Positions 37,412 through 46,252 of a stretch of DNA of 64,000 nucleotides are shown in pieces (position 1 is the first letter of the stretch; every line of letters begins with the position of its first letter). The notes under the pieces are model-generated. The model ran no database searches, was not told the DNA's origin, and saw only the letters and a list, made by a program, of their open reading frames with translations. The position numbers and the translations under genes are program-made. Source of the stretch: a virus; the IMG/VR virus record IMGVR_UViG_3300047552_002060, positions 20,775-84,774 of that record; one strand, given 5' to 3'.

Positions 37412-37684
37412 TTATAGCATTAAGCCAGCAGTAACAAGAGCGGCGAGGAGAGCATCTACCTTAGCCTCAATCGCATCAAGACGCGCTTCAGTGCCGACAA
37501 GCGGAGCAGCGTTGCTGCCAGTACCATCCACACCGACAAGGTTTGTTGTGGTCCCAAGAGCAGCAATATGTGCCGCGGGAATTGCGTTGAAACCTGTGTC
37601 AATCGCGTCCGCTAGTTCGGTTGCTTCTGCTCGGCGAGCCATTGCTACTTCGAGACGCTTACGTGTTTTAGTTGATAGAGCCAT
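37412..37684 (-). CDS. head fibre/decoration-like protein
   Basis: C-terminal KVDALLAALVTAGLM motif; N-terminus shared with 35995-37392. Confidence 0.65.
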   Translation of the reverse strand: MALSTKTRKRLEVAMARRAEATELADAIDTGFNAIPAAHIAALGTTTNLVGVDGTGSNAAPLVGTEARLDAIEAKVDALLAALVTAGLML

Positions 37685-37761
37685 ATGTATCTTTCCTTTA
37701 GATATATAGGTGCCACTGGAGTCCAGGGAACCATCTACAGCTATACTATCAGACTAAGTTG

Positions 37762-38223
37762 TTAAAATAAGTTCTTTAAGTCTTGTGGAGTTGTAGCTGG
37801 AGGATCGAGCTTCCACGCTCCTTGAATATCAGCTTCTTGTAGAGCTAACGTGACAAACTCAGAGCATATCGTGGCTTTTGGATTGGCAAATGGATTCTTC
37901 CACTTTCTCTTGAACCAACGACCAACTTGCGGAAATATCGCTCCAAAGAGACCACCATAGTCATAGGCCTCACCTAGATAACTCTCCATGATAGTTGATA
38001 TATGAGTATCAGTTAGCCCTATAACAGGATAGATAAAGACAGTATTCTTCTTCTCATATCTAGACATCGGGAGCATAACAATACCTTGAGCTTCAGCTCC
38101 CAGATACCAAAGTTTTCCATATTGTTCGATTACAAGAAAGGCATGACTGACTTCTGCATTAGTAATCCAACGCAGAAGTCGAGAAAGTAGGGTCTCTGTA
38201 CGACTAAAGCCAACATAATTCAT
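37762..38223 (-). CDS. permuted papain-like NlpC/P60 amidase (YiiX-like)
   Basis: VSHAFL, LGEAYDY, ICSEFV, TPQDL. Confidence 0.8.
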   Translation of the reverse strand: MNYVGFSRTETLLSRLLRWITNAEVSHAFLVIEQYGKLWYLGAEAQGIVMLPMSRYEKKNTVFIYPVIGLTDTHISTIMESYLGEAYDYGGLFGAIFPQVGRWFKRKWKNPFANPKATICSEFVTLALQEADIQGAWKLDPPATTPQDLKNLF

Positions 38224-39084
38224 TTATTCGTCCTCTGATAGACAATAAAAAGCTGCCGTGGCTGCCGTTCCGATAAAAGCACTATCGTGCTCTAATTTAA
38301 TTCGTATTTCCATTCCTGCTGAGGATTTTAATTCAGTGACAGCTTGATAATTCCAAGGAAAAGTGACTGTGCTTACAGCCATGCCACGCCATGAAGTACC
38401 TCCCATTGCCGAAATTTCAGGATAAGCGCCGTTAGCTTCATTGATATAATCCATGAGAGTTTTATAAATGACTGGGTTGCCGAGTGGAATTAAAGTACCA
38501 GAAGGTACACCAGGCATAAGTTGAGGCGCAAAAACATCCACAAAGCCATAAAGCTGGAATTTAATACTATCAGTAATCACAATGTCTTTAGTAAATTGGA
38601 CCTCAGCCGACTTAATTTTCAATTTTTTACCTAGTTCGGGCTTTATGACGTATTCGCTACCATTTTGGCAATAATACGTCACTTCTACTACATCTTCAGG
38701 CTGAAGCCCTAAAAAAAAGTTAATAATACCAGAAACATAATCAACAGTGTAATCGCCACCAGTTCCATAGTGTGGATCTTGTTCTATTTTTTCTATATTG
38801 TTAACTTTCACTATAACTCGAAAATGATTTCCGTCAATGTCTGTAAGAAAATCTTCTTGAGAAATTTTGCCGTGATAAGTATCAATAATACAATTGTTGT
38901 TAATAGCATACTGTGTATATGATGGGGAATTAATGCAAACAGCTACTTCATCTACTATTCGTATGGCTAATTGATACCAAGTTGTTTTATCACACCAATT
39001 GCCCGTAATAAAAGTCTTTCGAGTACCTTCGGTTGGCCAAAGACTAAAAATCTGCTTTCCATCCGATGTTTTTGGAACACCCAT
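38224..39084 (-). CDS. virion structural protein
   Basis: DYTVDYVSGIINF...VEVTY tail/baseplate-type motif. Confidence 0.6.
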   Translation of the reverse strand: MGVPKTSDGKQIFSLWPTEGTRKTFITGNWCDKTTWYQLAIRIVDEVAVCINSPSYTQYAINNNCIIDTYHGKISQEDFLTDIDGNHFRVIVKVNNIEKIEQDPHYGTGGDYTVDYVSGIINFFLGLQPEDVVEVTYYCQNGSEYVIKPELGKKLKIKSAEVQFTKDIVITDSIKFQLYGFVDVFAPQLMPGVPSGTLIPLGNPVIYKTLMDYINEANGAYPEISAMGGTSWRGMAVSTVTFPWNYQAVTELKSSAGMEIRIKLEHDSAFIGTAATAAFYCLSEDE

Positions 39085-39088
39085 GTCA

Positions 39089-39763
39089 TTACACCTTTGT
39101 AAAAATAAAAATTACATCAAAACTACCCGCAGTAGAGTTGGTTGTAAATTTCAAATGTAGGCCTTCTCCGGAGCGGGCAAAAAAGGGTTTAACCAAACCA
39201 TCACGTTTTGCTCTAGCAGGAAGATAGTTAGCAATCGATTGTTGATTTGCTTCAACGTCCAGTGTTCCGGGTCCCCATTCATCCGTTGATATAATCATTT
39301 TGTCTAGCGGTGTCACAATTTCTCCGGTGATTGTCGCACCCGTTTTGGCTACCATTCCTGTAGGAATAGCGTCCACAGAATCATGAGCAATTGGGGTAAG
39401 TGTTGTTCCTACTGCAGGAGCCGACGCTGAAGCAAATCTATGAAGTTGAAAGATACCTGCCACGCCAGTAACAGCAGCAGTTTGGCTATTTCGAATATAA
39501 AACTCTCTTAATTTAAGAATATATCCACTTCCGGTTGGGTTGTAAATTGACAGTAGAGATTTATTATTTCCGACTACTGTTATAGGCGAGATAACTGTAT
39601 ATGTTGCCTCTTCCGCGCCCGTTGTTGTTACAGGAATTGCGACCTGATCTGCAGGCAGGACAACAGGTATAGAGGAAGATGTTGGCTGAGAACCAATAAG
39701 TAAGTTTCCATTCTCGTCATAAAGAATTACTGCTTTAACTGGAGTACCAATTCGAAAAGACAT
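39089..39763 (-). CDS. virion structural protein
   Basis: SIPVVLPADQ motif, beta-rich; in late cluster. Confidence 0.6.
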   Translation of the reverse strand: MSFRIGTPVKAVILYDENGNLLIGSQPTSSSIPVVLPADQVAIPVTTTGAEEATYTVISPITVVGNNKSLLSIYNPTGSGYILKLREFYIRNSQTAAVTGVAGIFQLHRFASASAPAVGTTLTPIAHDSVDAIPTGMVAKTGATITGEIVTPLDKMIISTDEWGPGTLDVEANQQSIANYLPARAKRDGLVKPFFARSGEGLHLKFTTNSTAGSFDVIFIFTKV

Positions 39764-39764
39764 C

Positions 39765-41177
39765 TTATGTCACCTCCAGCCAATTTAAACTACCATAAAA
39801 ATCTTCTGAAACACCTGAAAAACACTGAACAGCTAAAATCAATTCATCGCGAACACCATCAACATCAGCTGCCACGCCCAAAAAAGTCGTTAAAGGTGTT
39901 TGTATAGAGTCTATCCGGGCCGATGTATATCCTGATGCTATAAGATGCCCACCTGAAACAGTACCAGTTCGACTTATATCATATTCAGCAATGCTATCAT
40001 TAACGGCGGTCCAAGATGCTGCAGTTCCACCAGTTATAGTTGGGTTGAGTACTAATTCCCATCGAAAATTGGCACTTGTAGAAGCAAGAGCACTTAGAAA
40101 AGTGGGAAATAGGGTTGCTCGAGTGGAGACCGACTTAAGGCGTAATGAAATTAACGGCCGTTTAGTATTATTAGTAGCAAGAAGAGTTACACCTCTGTCC
40201 GCTGCTCGCGTTACACCGGTTGGTTGATAACCTCCTTCTGAAGCAATTGAACAACAAATTGCCAACATATCTGTAGCTAAACCAGAAGCAGTACCAACTA
40301 ATTCCCAGCGAACTGGCAACGCTGGCGTTCTCATATATGGTTCTGTTACAATATTAGCATGATCGAAAGCATGAACATAAGTCAATCTACCATTCAACAC
40401 GAAGCCTACAAGAACAATACCAACCCCCAACCATTGAAAGTCAATGACAAGAATGTTTGCTTTTGCAACATCTAAGGCAGATAAAGTATTTAGACTCCAA
40501 CTACTGCGCACTACAGTAGTTGTGACTACGAAGCCGCTAGTATTAGATCTTTTAATTAAATTAAAATTTGTGCCATCGTGTTCTAAAAAAATGCCGTTAT
40601 TATCATCATAAAATCCAACTCTTTTTTTTCGATTTGCAGAAGCTCCATTAAAATTATAAGTTATAAAAACACGTTGCCCCTTGCCAGGTTGGTAAGGAAG
40701 GTAACGTTTCGTTTGACGAATTGCTTGATCAGATGCTCCGGTAGAAACCGCCAACGTCATGCAAGATTTGTTAGAATTAAAGGTAACAGTGCCGCCGCTA
40801 ACTACTTTATTAGAAAATAATAAAGCCTGATCATCATAAAGTGTCTTACCATCAAAAATTGTATATGGTTCACTGACGCGCAAACGACCAAAAGCATCAG
40901 AAGCACTGCTTTCAATCGCAGAAATAGCTATATTAACTGGATTCAAAGTAGTTACAGGTGCACTTGCAACTCGAAGATCAACTGGTTGTGAGGTAGTACC
41001 GGTTGGATCAATACGAACAGGATGGGTGCCTGTTCCAAGAACGTTTGTACCATCAGTAATCTGACTCAATACAGAGCCATCGCTATTAATAACAAGTGGA
41101 TTCGTTTCTGCGCCACCTGTGTCAGAACCCACTATCTTTGTGATTCCTGCTGCCTGTATATCAGTCAAATCAGCCAT
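39765..41177 (-). CDS. virion structural protein (DAFGRLRVS family)
   Basis: DAFGRLRVSEP.T.FD, RQT..Y..YQPGK, IDFQWLGVG. Confidence 0.7.
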   Translation of the reverse strand: MADLTDIQAAGITKIVGSDTGGAETNPLVINSDGSVLSQITDGTNVLGTGTHPVRIDPTGTTSQPVDLRVASAPVTTLNPVNIAISAIESSASDAFGRLRVSEPYTIFDGKTLYDDQALLFSNKVVSGGTVTFNSNKSCMTLAVSTGASDQAIRQTKRYLPYQPGKGQRVFITYNFNGASANRKKRVGFYDDNNGIFLEHDGTNFNLIKRSNTSGFVVTTTVVRSSWSLNTLSALDVAKANILVIDFQWLGVGIVLVGFVLNGRLTYVHAFDHANIVTEPYMRTPALPVRWELVGTASGLATDMLAICCSIASEGGYQPTGVTRAADRGVTLLATNNTKRPLISLRLKSVSTRATLFPTFLSALASTSANFRWELVLNPTITGGTAASWTAVNDSIAEYDISRTGTVSGGHLIASGYTSARIDSIQTPLTTFLGVAADVDGVRDELILAVQCFSGVSEDFYGSLNWLEVT

Positions 41178-41183
41178 TTTTAT

Positions 41184-41192
41184 ATATTACCA
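41184..41192 (-). promoter_or_regulatory. extended -10 promoter TGGTAATAT, 6 nt before ATG (leaderless)
   Basis: TGGTAATAT-ATAAAA-ATG, no SD. Confidence 0.55.
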
Positions 41193-41197
41193 TAAAT

Positions 41198-41235
41198 AAA
41201 CGAGGAGTACACGTGTGAAAGTGTACTCCTCGTTT
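41198..41235. terminator. intrinsic terminator (15-bp stem), possibly bidirectional
   Basis: AAACGAGGAGTACAC / GTGTACTCCTCGTTT with A/T tracts on both sides. Confidence 0.8.
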
Positions 41236-41245
41236 TTATTCATCA

Positions 41246-42265
41246 TTAATTTTCGACGCCTTCAATGGTGCTATAAAGATCTTGAGCCTGATTGTCTTTA
41301 TTGGTTCGAATAACTAAAATTGACTCTGTGTCCGCTATTGCTTGAGGAGCAGCGAAGGTATATGCAACATTGGGATTAGCAGTGGAATTAAAGAGAACCG
41401 CTTTAGTAACTTCAGAACCGGTAGGTCCTATCTTAATCTCAATCTTCATCTTGCCAGAAGCTGACGCTACAACTTGCTGAAGCGTCAAGGTGGTGCCCGT
41501 AGTTGGAGTATAAGTGTGAGTACTTGATGCGTTCGCGGCAACCGCGGTTGCTTGATTGAAAGCGAGCACTTCAGAACCCGGAGTCGCATTTACAACTGAT
41601 ACAGGAAGAGGGTTACCAGCTGAGAACGCGGTGCCAGTTGCATCGAATAGATCAACCTTTACTTTACCCGAGGTGTCAACGCTGATTGCCTGAAGGTTCG
41701 TACCATCAGTACCACCAACCTGCATCGTGCCAAATGGAACTGCTGAGCCATCGACGCCGTTGGCAGACGTCTGAACATCCAAGCTCTGTTTTGAGTTAAC
41801 GAGAGTAGAAGTAAGCGACGTACCAGCGCCGTCGCGCATATTGGCATCGACATCACCAATATTATTATTGCCAGCGGGAAGTGCAGAAGTAACGACAACT
41901 GATGCTTCACCAGTTGCGCTAATTGCTAGAGTATCTGTTCCATCAGTAACCTTAGTAAACCAACCGTTGGCCGCCGTGCCAGGAGCACCTTGCTCAGCAG
42001 TAACTACATCGGCGTTCGTTAGGGCGCGAATTGAACGAGGATCGATCTGTGCGCCAGCAACGTTAATACCAACATCAAGAGCTTGCTGACCACCGTTTGC
42101 CTGCGATGTAAGCGCATTGCCAGCGCCATCGGCATTTTTTACTGTAACTCGCCCTGAAGCGTCAACCGCAAGCGCTTGAGCAGGCGTAGTTCCATCTACG
42201 ACTTTGACCGCAGCGTCGCCGTTATTCTCTGTTCTAATTGGAAGCGATGAATTGTAATCCGACAT
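41246..42265 (-). CDS. virion structural/fibre protein
   Basis: A/G/T-rich, internal LTS...Q.LDV and TDGT repeats; GAGGAG RBS. Confidence 0.7.
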   Translation of the reverse strand: MSDYNSSLPIRTENNGDAAVKVVDGTTPAQALAVDASGRVTVKNADGAGNALTSQANGGQQALDVGINVAGAQIDPRSIRALTNADVVTAEQGAPGTAANGWFTKVTDGTDTLAISATGEASVVVTSALPAGNNNIGDVDANMRDGAGTSLTSTLVNSKQSLDVQTSANGVDGSAVPFGTMQVGGTDGTNLQAISVDTSGKVKVDLFDATGTAFSAGNPLPVSVVNATPGSEVLAFNQATAVAANASSTHTYTPTTGTTLTLQQVVASASGKMKIEIKIGPTGSEVTKAVLFNSTANPNVAYTFAAPQAIADTESILVIRTNKDNQAQDLYSTIEGVEN

Positions 42266-42288
42266 GTTATAACTCCTCTAAATATAAT

Positions 42289-42477
42289 TTAGACTGATTT
42301 TTCAGCCTCAGTAATTTTGCCTTGTAACTCTGCTTCTTTATCTAATTGAATTTTTATATTATCTTTAATACGTTGGATTTCATCTAACCGCTCTTCAATC
42401 CGAAACTCTAGATCTGCACGCGCTGCAGCAACCTTAACCAACTCTAATTTAATTCTCTTCAATTCTAATCCAGTCAT
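42289..42477 (-). CDS. small coiled-coil protein
   Basis: 62 aa, AGGAG RBS. Confidence 0.65.
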   Translation of the reverse strand: MTGLELKRIKLELVKVAAARADLEFRIEERLDEIQRIKDNIKIQLDKEAELQGKITEAEKSV

Positions 42478-42508
42478 AATTATCTCCTATATTACAATAC
42501 TAAATCAC

Positions 42509-43399
42509 TTAAACTGACATAAGTGTTGCTTCAAATGAACCTAAAAATGGCCTCGCATGTAAGACAGTTACGGTTATAATCTGGCCTGCACCGAGCTGCA
42601 ATCCATTTATAAAATCTTGAAAATCAAAAGTTTGATTGAATGATGTCCACCAAGATCGTTTGTTAAATATGGTAGTTCCGTCTACTTTTACGCGAAAATG
42701 GGCTACAGTGTCTCCGGATACTTCTATCTTAGATACACGCATACCATTCAGTGGAGAGATAACAGTCATCACGGTGGTTTCTACGCCAGAAGCAACACTA
42801 GTTATCTCATTATGAGTTATTGATAGGCCTGGAGTACTAGTAGCTCCGCTGATGCTGACGTTGAGTGAACCATCAGGATTGATGGCTAATGTATCTGTTC
42901 CATCGGTGATCTTGACTGGCCAACTATTGGCGACAGTATTAGGTATACCCTGATCTACCTCTCCAACAGAAATAGAACCTGAAAAAGTAGCACTAGTTGG
43001 AAGGGGGTTATCATCGTCATACTTAGCACCAAATTGGTCTACAAGTATGACTCGCTTAGCTACAGTGGGCTCTTCTTCATATACGGCGCGCTCAAAGTCG
43101 TCCCCAGTGATAGTGGGACGTTTCTGTTCATTGGCAAATATTGCTGCAGAAGCCGCAGTGGTATAAGCTGAAAGATTTGTAAAGGTGTTGATGCTGCCAG
43201 AGATAGGCCCAACAATCATTACAGTTGGACTTATAACTCTCTTGACTTCTAGTGCCAGATTAGTTTGACCAGAAGCTACTATTACTACTTGCTGTTTTAC
43301 TTTGAATAAAGAAGTATCTGCAATAGTAACAGAGCCATTCGCTCCACCATCTGCAGTAAATACTTGAGATGATACCGCCTCAAAACGCTTTTCTAGCAT
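42509..43399 (-). CDS. virion structural protein
   Basis: KITDGTDTLAINPDGSLNV shared with neighbours. Confidence 0.65.
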   Translation of the reverse strand: MLEKRFEAVSSQVFTADGGANGSVTIADTSLFKVKQQVVIVASGQTNLALEVKRVISPTVMIVGPISGSINTFTNLSAYTTAASAAIFANEQKRPTITGDDFERAVYEEEPTVAKRVILVDQFGAKYDDDNPLPTSATFSGSISVGEVDQGIPNTVANSWPVKITDGTDTLAINPDGSLNVSISGATSTPGLSITHNEITSVASGVETTVMTVISPLNGMRVSKIEVSGDTVAHFRVKVDGTTIFNKRSWWTSFNQTFDFQDFINGLQLGAGQIITVTVLHARPFLGSFEATLMSV

Positions 43400-43420
43400 A
43401 TTTTCCCTTACTGCCCAAAC

Positions 43421-43440
43421 GCTCGTGACCGTTCACGAGC
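43421..43440. terminator. hairpin, possible terminator
   Basis: GCTCGTGA-CCGT-TCACGAGC in intergenic gap; weak T tract. Confidence 0.4.
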
Positions 43441-43450
43441 TTTCTACAAA

Positions 43451-43972
43451 TTAATAACCAGGGCCTTCGTCACGACCGTTGCCATTAATCTTTATTCTAT
43501 CCCAATATTCCCTCTCCTCTTGCTCATTTTTAAATCTTTGATTGATAGGTTTCTGAGCTTCGGCAAGCCAATTATTGATTCCGTTGCCCCAATTGGATTC
43601 AGCCTTATTCATTTCTTCTTGTGTAGAGAAACCATTAGCTTGAGCATACATATTTTGTGCAGCCCTATGCATCTCTTCATTGGTCGGCTGACGAGGAGGT
43701 GGTCGGGTGCCTAAAATACCAGATTTTTGAAGTTGATTAGCAAGACGTTGGGCGTGCTGCTGCTCAGCGAGCTCTTTAGCTTTCACAAGAACTTGTTCAC
43801 GCGTGAGCTTTGCTGTTGGCTTTGCTGGTACCTTTAGACCAGCAGCAATCTCATTCATCATGCGCTCTACTGGAGAAAGAGACTTGTGATCTTCTTCTGC
43901 CAGAGCTTTCTTCAAAACCTTGAATCGATAGATTAGATCGCCCAACTCTTTTTCAATCTCTGCCTTATTCAT
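43451..43972 (-). CDS. putative internal head protein
   Basis: Multiple MNKA/LKKA/LVKA/LQKS motifs. Confidence 0.6.
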   Translation of the reverse strand: MNKAEIEKELGDLIYRFKVLKKALAEEDHKSLSPVERMMNEIAAGLKVPAKPTAKLTREQVLVKAKELAEQQHAQRLANQLQKSGILGTRPPPRQPTNEEMHRAAQNMYAQANGFSTQEEMNKAESNWGNGINNWLAEAQKPINQRFKNEQEEREYWDRIKINGNGRDEGPGY

Positions 43973-45194
43973 TATCGTCCTCGCTCTTCTTTAGTGACTT
44001 CTTTTCAGGTTTAGGTGGATTTTTGGCTTCCGCGAGTCTTTGTTCGTGTTTAATGCCGCCGATTTCAGACTTTTGCTTCATTTGCTCTTTAAGTTGTACT
44101 TCCATCATCTTGAGCTTAAGCTCATGCTCACGCTTCTTAAACTCAAGTTCCATCTTTACTTCTTCCTTGCGGAGTTGTAACTCTAATTTCTTCTTCTCCA
44201 CTTCAAGCATCTTCATCTGATGGTTGGCTTCTGCGTCACCTTCAGAACCATCGGAGCCTTCAGCTTCCTTCTTGGCCTTCTCGTATTCCAAATCAAGCAT
44301 GCGCTTCTTGTGCTCTTGCTCAATGGCCTGAGGATTGGCTTGCTGTGCTTGCTGATATTCAATATCAGACATTCTCTGCTTGTGGGCGGCATCTTGATCT
44401 ACAAGAGAGTGTTTCTTCTGAGCCTGTTCAAACTCAAGGTCAGACATGCGCTTCTTGTGTTCGCGCTCCATAGCCATCGACTGCTCGTGATGGGCTCGTT
44501 CCATTTCAGCCATCTTTGACGCATTATCTAAATCTAGATTAGACATCGCTGAGGTAGCCTGAGCCTTTGCCTGCTTAGTAGCATCGACCTCCGGAGCATG
44601 ATGACCGTGTACAATATAGGCTATCTCTTGATCAGAATAGCCCTCTTCCTCGAGAGCATCGATCAATTCTTGCGGATCAGCTTTACCAGCTTCGACTTGT
44701 TCCTGCAGTTGCTCATCTTCAGGAGACAATTGAGGTTCGCCTCCTGAAGGATCTTGCTCGGGCTCACCAGGTTGTTCCGGTTGCGCTTCTTGACCATCTG
44801 ACACTGCTTCGGGTGGACCTTGATCACCTTCAGCCTCAGGGGGAAGTTCTTGTGGTTGCTGTTCTGATTCTTCTCCACCTTCAGGTTGTAGTTCTTGCTG
44901 TAGAGCAGCGGCAACATCGCCTCCCTCTTGAGGTTGCTGTGGCTGCTCTTGACCTTCTTGACTACCTGACACTGCTTCAGGTTGGGCTTGGGATTCTTCG
45001 TCTCCACTCATCTCATCTTCAAGACTCATAAAGGCCTTTTCGTGGTTTAAGGCCTTCTTTAGAGTTGCCCAACGGTTAGGCAAACCCGTTTTCTTTTTCT
45101 TTTTGGGAACTTTATTCAATACTTCTTTTCCAGGAACAATTTCCTGTTTTCCATCAGGAGAAACCTCAATTATCTTTTCATTAAACTGCGACAT
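43965..45194 (-). CDS. acidic Q/E-rich putative internal head protein with repeated helices
   Basis: Disordered E/Q/P tract; HKxRMxDxE[FY] x3; LKKA and LKKS motifs. Confidence 0.65.
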   Translation of the reverse strand: MSQFNEKIIEVSPDGKQEIVPGKEVLNKVPKKKKKTGLPNRWATLKKALNHEKAFMSLEDEMSGDEESQAQPEAVSGSQEGQEQPQQPQEGGDVAAALQQELQPEGGEESEQQPQELPPEAEGDQGPPEAVSDGQEAQPEQPGEPEQDPSGGEPQLSPEDEQLQEQVEAGKADPQELIDALEEEGYSDQEIAYIVHGHHAPEVDATKQAKAQATSAMSNLDLDNASKMAEMERAHHEQSMAMEREHKKRMSDLEFEQAQKKHSLVDQDAAHKQRMSDIEYQQAQQANPQAIEQEHKKRMLDLEYEKAKKEAEGSDGSEGDAEANHQMKMLEVEKKKLELQLRKEEVKMELEFKKREHELKLKMMEVQLKEQMKQKSEIGGIKHEQRLAEAKNPPKPEKKSLKKSEDDNE

Positions 45195-45414
45195 AGTTAT
45201 CTCCTTTAATTAAATTATCCATCCACCATAATGGTTGTAAGTTTGTATAGTGACAAGCTTCTTTAAATTGAAAAGGATCACTTAAATCGAAAGAAGCCAA
45301 TGGTCTAATATGATCTATATGCCAACCTCTATTACAACATTTCTTAGAACAATAAAGTTGATCTTTTCTGGTAGCAAGATACTCTTCTTTACATGTTAAA
45401 CAAGTTTTTTTCAT
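45181..45414 (-). pseudogene. internally deleted HNH endonuclease
   Basis: CLTC..YCSKKC joined directly to GWHIDHIRPL..YTNLQPLWW; same family as 1832-2428. Confidence 0.65.
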
Positions 45415-45424
45415 AATATCTATT

Positions 45425-46252
45425 TTACAAATAATCAATCATGAACCGTTTTTGATAGTGACCTTTAGCTGCTTCTTTTTGCTGAGTAACTATCTTCTCT
45501 AGTTCGCCTAATCGTTGCTGGAAGAAACCTGGACCAAGTGTACCAACTGATTGACTTGTTCCATCAATACTTATACCAACTGAGGAATAGGGAAAGAGAA
45601 TAGGGCCGAGAGTACTTAGGAACTTATAAGCAGCTAAGTTTTCTATAAGACCCGCTAGTAAGGCAGGAATTTGACCTTCTGGGAAGCCAGCCGTATATTC
45701 AACTAATACAGCGCCTGGCCAATGAGTTAGTGCTTGACTGTTGAATGCGTGGTACCCCAATCCACTGTACACGCTGGCGATAAAACCTGAAATACCCACG
45801 CCATTAGCAGGTACAAGTTGGACAGTGCCGTCTTGTGGCTGAACGTGAATAAACTCTAGTGGCATATCAACAAGTGGAATGCTGCCCTGAACGCCGTTAT
45901 TAAATGTCAGTTGAAATTTGTTAACATTTAGGATAGGCGCGTGGTGTAGACGCAAGAATCCGAAGCTCCAGAACTGCATCTCTCGGTCGTAATCGTGACG
46001 CTCTTGAAATTGGGTCGGAGTAATATACAGATCAAGTTCATGCTCGATCTCAGAGATACTCTCCTTGATATAGTCTTCTAACGTCTCATCAGAGACAGTC
46101 TCTCCAGTGAGACGGCTTTGCAATGGAATACCAAATAATGTACGCCGCTTCATATCAGCAGCTGTTGGAATGTGAGAATAGCGATTGGCACCATTTTGGT
46201 CAATGGCCCAAGATGGAAACGGTTGAACTTGGTTAGTACGACTGATAGTCAT
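45425..46252 (-). CDS. head-tail adaptor/neck protein (putative)
   Basis: YI..SISEIE..L...I.P....E.HDY, VEYTAGF...IP..L, SISIDG.SQS-like motif. Confidence 0.65.
   Translation of the reverse strand: MTISRTNQVQPFPSWAIDQNGANRYSHIPTAADMKRRTLFGIPLQSRLTGETVSDETLEDYIKESISEIEHELDLYITPTQFQERHDYDREMQFWSFGFLRLHHAPILNVNKFQLTFNNGVQGSIPLVDMPLEFIHVQPQDGTVQLVPANGVGISGFIASVYSGLGYHAFNSQALTHWPGAVLVEYTAGFPEGQIPALLAGLIENLAAYKFLSTLGPILFPYSSVGISIDGTSQSVGTLGPGFFQQRLGELEKIVTQQKEAAKGHYQKRFMIDYL

Noticed and set aside
43965-45194. Portal protein
   Set aside because: Only disordered and helical-repeat sequence, no portal core; portal, terminase and sheath are not in this window
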